From the NCBI GenBank assembly GCA_036172245.1, contig JAYWIR010000001.1:5456001-5520000 (forward strand): a DNA stretch of 64,000 nt, written 5' to 3'. The notes beneath the pieces were generated by a model. The model was not told the DNA's origin, made no database searches, and was given only the letters and a program-made list of their open reading frames with translations. Position numbers and translations under genes: made by a program. The stretch is from Raillietiella orientalis. Its lineage: Eukaryota. Of this stretch, positions 13,601-25,000 are shown piece after piece (positions within the stretch are counted from its first letter, which is position 1; the number at the start of each line of letters is the position of its first letter).

Positions 13601-14299
13601 CTGATGCGTACTGATCACTGATCCCTTGTCTTTGAAAGTGATTTTGCAAAAAACGATAAGGTGTTGTGAATGCTTTTGAAGCCAGGGAAGATGATGAAAC
13701 CTTCTCAGGAAGGAAAGAAAGAGAAACCCCGCTTCAGTGTGTCATTGTGTTTGAGAGAACTGATCGCTACTGATATTTGCACATTGTTCAATTTCAACAG
13801 AAACATTCGCTTATCTGCTACACATAATTCCAGAAACCGGTTCAAAAAGGATTTGTACTGCCACTAAAGACAGCAATGTGTAATGAAAGCATTTTCCTTC
13901 ATTCACAGTCCCTGATCACCTCTTGCATATGACCAGTGAACTGGCGTGAAGAAGCACGAACTATGTGCGTGTGCGTCTGGCTTGTTATCGTTTAATGGTT
14001 CCTGCAAACTGCCTGCCATAGATGACAGATTTTCATTTCAGCTGTTGCTTCCGCAATTTTGATCAACCGGCTGACTCATTTCCAAATGGAAACGAAAACA
14101 AGGGCAAAAAAAAAGCAAACAGACGAAAACAACGCGTTCGGTGAGTCCCTGACGGTGAAAGACCACGACCAGAGATGGCAGTTGTCTTCAGAGGTCCGTA
14201 TGAAGACCGAAAGCGAGAGGATCATGACCGATAGAATTCCGGGAGCAATGCACTTGAACTTCAGGCAGGAACCATCGGCACTGCAGCTCGTCCCTCAAC

Positions 14300-15100
14300 T
14301 TCCAGGCAAGCTGAGGAGGACCTTTGACGGATCGATTTCCATCCTCGGTCTATCCTCTTTCCATTCCAGTCTCGGCCTAACCTAAAAACATCCCATACGA
14401 TCCCTGTGCACAAGTCGAGCAAGTTGAAGCTACTGGCCAAACGCTCCAGTTTCATATCAAATCCCTGAACCAGGCATCCTTAGCATCTCCAATCGTTTAT
14501 TTGCATGACGGTTGCGGTGGGTTTCAGAGTAGTGCAACTGCAGATGTGTTTGCGCAGCATCGAAAAGAGTACAGAGTTCACCCGTTGCCGGGTGGAGTTG
14601 CTTCTGAAACTTCCAAACGATGGAAGCACATCGTTGATTGGTGAAACACACCGTTCGTTCGTCTGCAAATTGTGCACCAAATTGTGACACCCTACCTCAT
14701 CGCGATTTCTGCAGCAATCCACTTACGGTTCTGCGAGTGATGCATTCGTGCGTTGCATGTCCACTGGAGGTCTTAAGAACACGTTTGCCCAATGTGTTAC
14801 TGACAGCTTGTGACCACCTTTCGTTTCTGCAACAGGAGCGCCAATCATCTGCTCGCTCCACTTCGCCATGAGTTGAGAGTTGACCTGAATTTCAGCGTCG
14901 GAACAAGACCCCGGGCGAGAGATCGGTGCTTTTGCACCTCTGCACGGGATGGTTGAACGGCAGGGGTGCATGTTGTTCCTACGTGCCTACCAGAGGAACC
15001 TTTGGATCTCGTGCACACAAGTCCTTGAAGCTCACAGCCTCCTCCTTGCTGGTTGCATCTTCCTCACAGGAATGCACAGCGCGGAAGCTGGACCAGAGAA
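14300..15100 (-). mobile_element. Decayed non-LTR (LINE) reverse transcriptase C-terminal relic
   Basis: Minus-strand fragments in LINE order: GT*EQHAPLPFNH (cf. GVxQGxxLSPxLFN), ADD near 14845, LPSFGS (cf. YLGS), RVNSVLFSMLRKHI, AW...KLERL. Interrupted by stops and frameshifts. Confidence 0.3.
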
Positions 15101-16096
15101 TCACAGTACAGATTGCAGCGTTTCCCCTTCTCCAATGGGGAGGGGAAAATGTGCTTTTGGGAACGTCTCGTAGTTCTTGAGCATTTGCTACCGGCGAAGT
15201 TGCGGAACAGTTTCTTTCCCTTCCGGGAGGCTTCCACCCTCATGGATCTTGCTCTGATTCTTGGACTCCCTCTTTCTTCTTTCTTAATTCTTAGCAGGCG
15301 CTGCGAGAATGGACGAAATGCTGCTGCGGATATTCATCTTGGCCGTTCTTGAATGGATGTGCGAACGCGCTCTTCGGTGCCTTCGAGACCGGTGCTCATT
15401 TTGGGACTCTCAGCTGCATCCACGAAATGCTGGCGAGCAGAACCTCGCTCCGGAAGAGTAGGGTTGGCGCAATCGGCGACCCGCTTTCCGAAGAATCACT
15501 CGACTCACCCTTTGCTTGGATGTGCTCGTGAGATGACTGCGTGACAGATAACGGAGGTCTCTTCTTGTATTTTTATTTTTTATTTTTCCAAATCCCATAT
15601 TCTAATTTACTGAATGACTTCGTATGGAAAGGACTTTTGTGGCTTTTTTTTATAAGGGGAAAAAAAATGATTTGGGGCACTTCTTATTCCAGGATAGAAA
15701 TGTGCTGAAGCTGTGTGGTTGGGATGCTTCGTGTTCGTTCGCAAAGTGGGATTTCTACTTTACCCTGCACCCCCCTCTCCTCAAAAAAATAAAATAAAAA
15801 TGCACACACGTACTTGCGAACGTGTATGGATTGACTTGCAGAGACTTCTTTCGAAGCCACGCGTTTGATCCGATGGAAACAAAATAAAACCGCAAATATT
15901 TATTTATAGATTTTACACTTAGAGGGAAACGGGAGCATTTTGTTTTCATTCACGACCAGCTCGTAGAGGCCCGGGCTGGGTTCGATTCGTGCTCGGCGGC
16001 TGTGAGGGGTCGGTCGTCAAGGTGGAGCCTCCCTTCTGTATCTTCGCCCAAAAGTCTTCCTTCCTTGAGCCCGCGTGCGCGCGCACCCGGCGCCGA

Positions 16097-19000
16097 CTAG
16101 ACCCTGTCGAACGTGAGCGTCTGGATGTGGAGGCAGGGGGAAGACAGGGAGTCTGAGGCCAGGATGGACGCCGTGCACTCTCTTTCCTTGGACACGGCTT
16201 CTTCCCGTTCCTCCCTGGTCACGGCCAGCGAGTTGATCTTCTCCAGCTGAGGGACTATCCGCAGGACGCGGATCCTGCTCTCGCGGTCGCTGCAGCCGGT
16301 GTGGCTGATCTCACGCAGCTTTTCCAGCCCTCTCAGGTGCGCGAGCTGCGTCCAGTCCTTGGGCAGAAGATGGAAACGTCCGAATGATCCCCTCGAGGGT
16401 CCCCCCGCGCGCGGGTCCGCGGGGCGCAAGCCGCACGCACGGGAAGAGGATCGCGCGGGGGCGGAAGCGGCGGCAAGCAGCAGCTGAACCCAGGAAAGCA
16501 GCGGCGGGGCACGGGGAATGGGGGTCGGCGCGTCAGTCGAACACCCGCAAAACCATTTTGAAACTGACCACGGGACTTCGGTACTCGATGTACGGGAGAA
16601 ACATGGCGCGCAGCGACGTGTACAGAAACCCCGTTTACGGATACCCGGCGCTCCCACCCTGCGCGAATCTCTTCACTCGCTTTAGTGGACGCGCACACTG
16701 TTGAAACACCTGCGAGAACACTTTTTTGTGAACCTTCGGTCACTCAACACAAGCAGCTGTGAGTCCAACTGATGCATCTTTTCCAATGATAGCAGCTTGT
16801 TGATTTTCGAAGGTGAGAGAAGGAAAGTAACTGAGATATGAAGTAGAAAAAAAAATTCAGCATGCACGCATCTATTTTTTTTAGAAGAAGAAAATGATTT
16901 TTTTTTTTCAACATATCTACCAGGATCCCCACCTTTTCCTTCTTCTCATTATCATTTTCCGCATTCACGATGATGTGATCACAACCTGAGCCCGATGGCT
17001 TGGACGCAACGAACGCAGCAAGTGTGTCCGTGTCACACAAGGGGAAAAAAAAAAAAAAAATGGCCGCATTCCGGGTCTGCAAACGCTTTGGGAGAGCAAG
17101 GGGACCGGAAAGAAAGCATAGCCCGGGTGGTCGAAGAAGGATGGATTAGCAGGAAGATGATCATCCCTCTCTTCCTCTTCCTCCCTCCTCTCCCCCCCAC
17201 CCCCAAGAAGGTCACCTGGTCGCAGACGGAGACTGAGAGGAGGAGGAACACACGAGTTCCCTCCCTTTCGGCTGCCTGCCCCATCGGCTTCTCGCGGACC
17301 CCGGGTCAAGCCAGGGTTCGAGGACTTCGGGTAGGTGACGAGTTCCTGGCAACACGAAGGGCCGGAAGATGGAGGCCGGAGGATGCCGGGTGAGGAAGGC
17401 AGCATCCAGGTTTCCGGGGGGATTGGTAAGCAGGAGAGGCAAGGAAGGAAGGCCCACGCGTACGGGGGTGTTCTGGAACCGCATCCATCCGCAGGTGACC
17501 GTTGCTTCGGTGCAGGGGCGAGCAGCGGGGAAAGCAACCCGGACCACTTGGAAAGCAAAGGTGACCGACGCTAGCGTTGTCTTCCTGTCCACGTTTGGGA
17601 ACACTTTGTTCACGCACACAGCTCTCGCAGACGCCAGTTCGAGAGCGCACGCAGGCTTCCGGGTCTGCAGGCGAGTTCCCAAGAGATGCCCAGAGATCGA
17701 GCTGCTGCTCCGAGGCATCCTGTACTGATGAGACGTTGGCGCGTGGAAATCGCTCGAAGCGCTCAGCGTGCCGAGTGAGATGGCTTCCTCGGGCCCGCGT
17801 TACGGAAGCAGCACACATGGGACAGTGGGGGAAATGGAGAGGAAGGGGGGGGGGACATTGCAAAAACTGATTGGACCTCATTGAACGGAAGTGCATTTTC
17901 CCCCTCCCCCTTTAATCGTTGGCTACTGTAGTTACGAACTATTTTCGAGAGATGCCCTGAGGGGGTTCATGGGCAGGATGCGAGCTGCCACTAGGTAATT
18001 GTTACCGTGAAAAGGGGATGGTGCATTGCGTATTCAGCAAGGCATCAAGCTAGCTGAGGCGCAGTCACAAGTCAACAACCCCCCATCCTCCATCCCGTTC
18101 AGCTCCTCCCCCCACACACACACACAGTTCGTAAGGAGGTGCAGAGCGCGATAGCAACTGAGCTATTCCGACGAGCAGCACGGAAAAGCGAGAGGTAGGT
18201 GCGCGCACAAGAGAGGAAGGGCGAGATCGGAAAAGGCCACGAAAAATCCAAACGCGCTCCGAAACCTAAAACAAGGAAAAGGAACGAAGTGAACGTCGAA
18301 TGCCTCTCGATGGGCATACGCTGACCAAATGGGGCGTCCCGCGTCCCGTCGAGCCTTCGCAATGTCCCTCCCCAAAGCAGCTCCAGCTTCGAATTCAGAC
18401 TCGCGACTTGCAGCCTAAGGCGGGGCCGAGAAAAGAGCGAAGAAAAATCGAACGCGGGAGCGCGCGCCCGCTGGCGAAGAAGGAACGGCGCCAACCGGTT
18501 GCCCGCGGAAGAGCAGGACGCTCCAAGCACCTTTGCGCCGTTTCGCAACTGTATCCTGGCGACGAACACTTCGACAACGAACAGGCAACTCTGATGCAGC
18601 TGTTCCGGAAGGCATCGAGGAAGGAGAAGAGCACTGGGACACCGCTGTTGCCATGACGTAACGAAGCTCGAGCGGTACGATACGAGGGAGACGGTGTAGT
18701 CTGCGCGCGCGCGCGGCGGTCACCTGACGAGCGCTGCGAAATTCAGCCGCACACGCGCGCATGAAGCGTGCGCAGGAGCACAGCATTTGGGTCTCCTCCG
18801 AGGAACGGGCTGCGACGAGGACCGTCGAGTTTCCTGCTCTCTTTTTCCCCACGAACCGGCCGGTTCAAGTCGGGAGGAGAACGATGAGGAAAAACAGCCT
18901 CCAAGAAAGCAGTTCGAAGCTTCACACGAAGGATCTTAGCGCTTCCGCAGATGTGTGTGTTTTTTCCTTTCTCTCTCTCTCTGTCTCTGCGCCAAACGCT

Positions 19001-22000
19001 CGTCGATGCGCACCATCGAACTGCCGGCCTCGCTTCACCCGGGAAACAAAACAGAGTAGCCAGAGAAGCGGAGGAAGGGCAGCGCCCTGGAGATCAGGGA
19101 ATGAAGCTCGTTGTTGCTGTTGTTTGAACGGCGTACGGCGGCAACGGGTGGTTCCGAAGGGCAGTCAAAGAGGCAGGCCGCACCCACCTTCAGCTTGTTC
19201 CATCCCAGGTACAGCACGCGTAGGTGCTTCAGGGAGTCGAAGTAGCTAAGCGACGAGATAGAATTCCGTTCCGCGAATAGGAAACGCAGATCCATGCCTC
19301 GCGTCCCGGCACTCGCGGACTTCAGCTTGTTTCTGTCGACCACGAGCATCTTCAGGAACCTCAGGTCTGCGAATTCTGGAAGTGGCAACAACAGCGCAGC
19401 GGTTGCGGAGCAACGCCGCCGCCGCGGCGCTCAGGCACCCCGAACCTTCCCAGGACGAAATGCAGTTGTCCGTGAGGATGAGGCACGACAGGGAGCGGAC
19501 TTCCCACAGGCGCAGCGGCCTCAGAGATTCCATGCTGTTCCCGCTCAGGTGAAGGACTTTCAAAGAAGGAAACGGGTCCTCGGTGCTGGAAGGGGGGGAA
19601 AAAAAAGATGCGGGGAGCGACATCGAGCTCTCGACATCTTCGGCTGCAGCATTTCAGCGGGCGTTACGATTTTCGAGTGTTTATGGCCTCTCGCGAGATC
19701 TTCCGCGCGGTACCGGGGCGGGATCTGAGATCCATGCAATGAGGGCGCGAGTGGGCGAAAAGCTGGAGGAAGAGGCCAAGGAGCGGAAAGGGGTGCCTCC
19801 ATTCCTTTGCACTGCCTCGCAGGTCCGTGCCCCTGCAAGTCCTTGCTCCTCGCAACCTCTTCTTAAAGACGCGTTTCCGAGCCGCGCGGCTTCCGCATGA
19901 GGACCGAGGTCTCTCAACAGGCGTGGACTTTGAAAGGGGGGGAGGGGAGCTTGTGTCAACAGCACCAGTTTTCCTAGACAGGCGGGAAAGGGGCGGCAAC
20001 CTAGGGAAGCGCATCACGGCAGTGCCTCCGTCACTGGAAACCTGAACTCCTGCTGGGAGCGCGAAGACCACAAAGGACCGCCCTCCCGAAGGGAAAGATG
20101 GAAACTTTTTACGCAGATCCCATCGACTTTCCCGCGAGTTCTGCGGTCAGGTGCTGCAAGGGTCTACCTCCCCTGTCCTTTGGAGGACCTTCAGGATGCC
20201 GATGGTCCGGGCGTCGCGAATCAGAGCTTGGTGCCGGCAGGCCTCCTGCGAGGCTGACAGCTCGCAACAGAATACAGAAACGGCAGTGAAGCCGGTTGCA
20301 GCGCTTCAGCATTTCATTCCTCTCAGGATACATGGAAATTCTTTGCAACCCGCCTGCCGCGTTCCACAAATTCTCCAATTACGGATGCACGATTCACATC
20401 GGAGCAGATGGAAAGGGGATGCATGGATGGGAGAAGCAGCGTACCAGAGTGTGACAGCTTGAAATCACAGGGTGACTCTCACACTAAGAGGACGGAAGCC
20501 GCCTGCGGACTTCCTTCGGCTACTCGCGGAAACCTCCACTTCGTGGCCTATGGCCCGAGGCCTCCCCTGCGTTCCGCCGCGAAGCCGGCGGGAGGCCGCC
20601 CAGCATCTATTTTTAGATTGCATTGTTGGCCGCCATGCCGAGGGCGCGCGCTGACGTCACGATGCTCCGTGTCGGTCCGCGGAGCGCGCGCTGCGGTTTC
20701 CACCATCGTCGCGAACGCCCTTCTTGGAAAGCGGCGGGGGGGTGGCGCCTCGGCATGGGGGAGGGGAACGCAGCCGCGCGGAGAGATTTCGGCGGGAGGT
20801 CCTTCCTTGCAGCCCGGCTTTTTAAAACCTTGAAATCGGTCGGGGTCGCTTTCGTCACTCGCTCATTCCCTGCGGCTCATCGCAATGCGAAGGATGAGCC
20901 ACCCAAACCGGTCCGGCTGAAGCCTCGCCACGCTCCGCCGCGAAGCAGCTCGCCATTTCTAAGTACCTCACCCTATTCCTTTTGCTCCACGTCCGTAACT
21001 ACGCAACTCGCCTCTTTGGCTTGCCTCCCCCCCCCTTCCGTCCCCCAACAGCAACAGCAACAAAAAAAAGCGGCTTTCTTCGGAAAAAGAGCAGCACCTA
21101 TTGAGTTCCCGCGCTTCCTGTGATTTGGTGAGAGCCGTGGCGTGCAGCGAAGCCCGCCCTCGCTGATCCGACGAGGTCGCCCCACAGATCCGCGCTGATT
21201 CGAACTTCCCGGCTAAGAGACGTCATCGTCGAGGAGGCAAACCTCCACACTCCGGCACTGCCACCACCGCTTTCATCACCTTGCATGCTCCTGTGGGCAG
21301 GTGAATGAAGCGCGCAGCTGTCTTCGTACACGTTTATGTGTTTGACCCTCTTGTACGCTAGCTGCGTGCTGCATAGTTCAATGGAGGACGTGCAAGGACC
21401 ACTCGCAAGTCTTTCGTTATCTCGGATCGAAAATGGAGTTGCGCACTCCCTATTTGGCCGGAGGTTTTCGCGTCTCCCTCTTCTCCTCCCACGTACGCAA
21501 TTTCGAATGTCCACTCAAGTTGGATGTCCTTTTAACAACAGCAGCTTCCTCGTTTCGAGCATTCGAAGCAATCCGACGCCCACTCGTAACACAGATTCCC
21601 GATTTCCGTAGAAACGCTGCTTCATGTCCAGCACTTATTCGCACGGAGAGTTTCAGAGGGAGAACTCGGGTTGTGACCACGGCAACTGAAGACAAAGAAA
21701 ACGGAGGCATACGGTTAATGGTGTTCCTTTCGTGTGCTCCAGAACACGTGCATCCTGGCAGCTGCAGCTGCGGAAACAGTCAGTCGCACCGGACGGAAGT
21801 TTCCATCCGCCGCTCCACCTTGCCCTCCGGCTCCGACGGGAGCCCGTGCCCGCTCGGGTCGCTGCTGTGCCTGACGCTCTCCCAAGCGGTGCGAGAGGAA
21901 ATGTTTTTCCTGCGCCGGCAAGCAAAGCGCAAGAGTCCCCACTTCACGCCACCGCATGTTTTCATGTTTTCTTCACTCGTCGAGGAAACACGGAATCATT

Positions 22001-25000
22001 TAATGGGGGCAGTCCGTTCAGCACGGCTACCCGATGATGACCCACCATCTCACGTAAGTCGCGATCCCAAGCGCAGCAACTTCCCGGCAGAGCCATCCAC
22101 CGGGTTTGGACTCTCGGAGGGAAGACAAGAGAATGACCTGCATCTTCGCTATACCTCTCGCACATTCAGTTCGCCCATCGAAATTGTTGCTTCGAGTCTT
22201 GTTTCCCCCCTTCACGTCCAAGACGTGCAAAAAGTTCACTCTTTGCAACGCCCCGGTTGATTGCTCCAAAAGGTGCACCCGTGAGGGAGCCTAACAGGTG
22301 TAGAACGAGAATGCGCTTTGAGAATCTTTCTCATATGCGGCTTGCGTAACCAAAGTGAACTGATGTAAAGCAAATAACTGGAATTCATCTCGATCAATTA
22401 GAAATGCAGATTCGTGATGACATGCGTTAGAGACCGAGAAGTCCAATGCTAGCGGCGAAAGTCGAATGTGAACAATTCAACGCGAGAACAGTCCTGGCAT
22501 AGAGTTAGGAGGGATACTTCCGATGAGCGGACTGATGTGCGAGAGAAAATGGAGACGATGAGATCCTGTAGTGAAGATGCAGGTCATTCTTGGTCTTCCC
22601 CCCAGCAGTGGACCTCGGCACAACGCGGACTCGCGTTGCGCGGCGACGACAAAATGGCGACGGCGGCCGCCCGCATCAGCCGAGCATCGCAACGCGGCTT
22701 CGTGCTTTTCCGGAAGAACGCGAGCACGTGTTCCTTGGACAGGCACGTTTCGGCATCCTGCCTCGCTTCCAGCGTCCCGAATGAAGTCGCCCAAGAGGAT
22801 GCCTCTTTCGGCAGCGAGGGCGGTCGAGCGGGAAGCACGCAGGTCGGCCGAACGTCCGCAAAACGTCCAAAGTTTTCTCCCTTCCACTCCAAGTGGAGCA
22901 GCAGCGCGTCGAGGCTTCCGGTCTCCTGCTTTCGTTTCCAAGTGGGACGACTCGGGATGTTCCACCGCCGGGACGTGTGGGACAGGCGTTTTCCAAACGC
23001 GTGTCCCTGGACCTCGTGCAACGCGCAGGGCTCGTATAACGCGGGGCCGCCCACTACTGTGCAGCCTGAAGCACCCGGCCGACGGATGGCGCGCCCGTCC
23101 TTCGCGCGTCAACGGCGCCAACTTTTTTGTCTTCGGCTTCCTTTCCGATCCTCGTGCCAACGGCGGGTGTTTCTTGCAGGATGCTGCGCCTGCGCCATGC
23201 ATGCGCTAACATGCATGGGGTGGAGCGGGTCCACGTCCACGTTGATGGCGTGCGTGCGAAAGGAACCGTTGACGCGCGCTCCAAACTCCCGGCGTATTTG
23301 GCACCCGAGGTTCGTGTCGAGGTCCGTTGGGGCGTGCGCTGCGGGGATAGCGGGCTGCGTCCCCGAGCAGCCAGAGGTTGACGTTTACGGGGACCGACCG
23401 CGCTCGGAACTTTGGCTTCCCGCTTCCGGTGTCCGTGGAGTCGAGTCCCACCGGCAGAGCGCGTGAGTTACCAGCAGGTCCGCTGCTTCTCGTGCAGATG
23501 CCCTCAAGGAAAAGCTCCTCTTCGTCTTTTTAGCATGGCCGGCTGGACTTCTCGCTCCAGCACCGCTGCAGGAGGAGAGCGGTTCGCGACCTACGCTGTT
23601 GCGAGCTCCAGATTTCTTCGACCTTCCTTCGGACAGCTCTCCGTCAACCGGTACGGAGATGCTTGGTTTTGGACGCGATATCACCCGCATCCGGTGACCG
23701 GATGCCAAGCGAGCTCCCCCAACGTCACGACAGGACGATCCGCGGGCCGAGGGGTGACCGACCACTGCGGGATGGGGAAAGGGCTGCAAAACTGAGGAGC
23801 TAACTGTTCTTTGACCCCAAAGGCACATTTCCGAAGTTCTTTCGCAGCCGAGACCGAGAAGCCTTGATGACTTACTAGTGGTGTTCCGGAGCCGATGAGA
23901 AGCGGTTGTCGTCGAGCACCAGCACCCTCAGGCATCGGAGGGAGCTCAGGGGCTCCATTGAGCACAGGTTGTTACCCGCCAGGTCCAACACCGCGACGGC
24001 GTACATGCTGTCGACAATCTGCGGATGGATGGAGCACAGGCACTTTTCCTCGAAGAACGCTTCCGTCGGCGCAGCCGCCCCCCAGTCCCCGAAGGCCTGG
24101 TCCACGAGGAAGCTGCTGAGCTGTGACTGGGCCCTCTCCACCATGTGCCTGGCTTCCAGCCTGCCTAACACCTTGCCGTTTATGACCTGGTAGCAGGAGG
24201 TTAGCGGGAGGGACAGACGGAGCGGCGGAGGCGGCAGGGGAATTCCGCCGCTTCAGACTCGGGCGAAGGCGGGTCGACCGGACCCGCCCCACCCACCCAC
24301 CTCCAGCCCAGGATTCAGGAACAGCGCGTAGGAAACCTCCTCCTCCGTTCCGAAATCCCAGCCCAATATCCTCAAGTTCTCGGTCTGCTTCAGGAACCGC
24401 AATGCCGCTTGCAACGTCAGGTGGTTGCGCTGGAGGTGGGCGACTTCCAACGCCGCCATCAGCACAGGTTCCAACGTCCTCAGCTCGTTGTCGCTGATAA
24501 TCAACACCTGATGAGGGGGAGGGGGGAGGGATAACTCGAATGCTTAGAAGCAGGGCGAAGAACCGAGCGAGCGAGCGACGACGCGCGTGGACTGCGCAGA
24601 ATCGGAGACAGCAAGAAAATGTTTTTTTTTTTTTAAAAAAGAAGACCGCATCCAGCACTTCCAGACTGCGACACGTGGAGCAGCTGCACCCACGGCGCTC
24701 GTAACACATGCGTGGTCGTGAAGCTGTTCCTGGGATGACGGAGGCGAGCAGCCAAGAAGCCGGTGGATCCAGCACGAAGGCCAAATCGAGAGCGACGGGT
24801 ACCCAAAGAGCCAGTCGCTCCAGGGAAAAACAGGAATTCGAACAGGACAGCCAGCATCTGTCTGTATCTCTGAATTATGCTAGCACGAACCGACAGGAGA
24901 CCACTCTCTGGAGAGCTTTAATAGCAGGAACAGCAGAAGAGGTCGCGGGAGGAAGGGAGGAAGAGGAGGAGAAAAAAGAAAGAAGGAAGGAGGAGGAAGG

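Noticed and set aside
17724-17760. CTGATGA...GAAA hammerhead-like cores here and at ~52530
   Set aside because: No closing G-C stem II before GAAA and no stems I/III with a UH cleavage site.
20109-20378. Minus-strand ORF (ENLWNAAGGLQRISMYPERN...) as an LRRC9 exon
   Set aside because: The flanking exons 24186-23876 and 19585-19446 already join in phase (TA|C = Tyr), and this ORF lacks an LRR consensus.
22468-23466. 332-aa and 288-aa (33516-34382) ORFs and their antisense partners in repeat A as transposase or other genes
   Set aside because: R/S/A/P-rich GC-driven ORFs open in several frames on both strands, with no transposase or RT motifs; starts and ends differ between copies.
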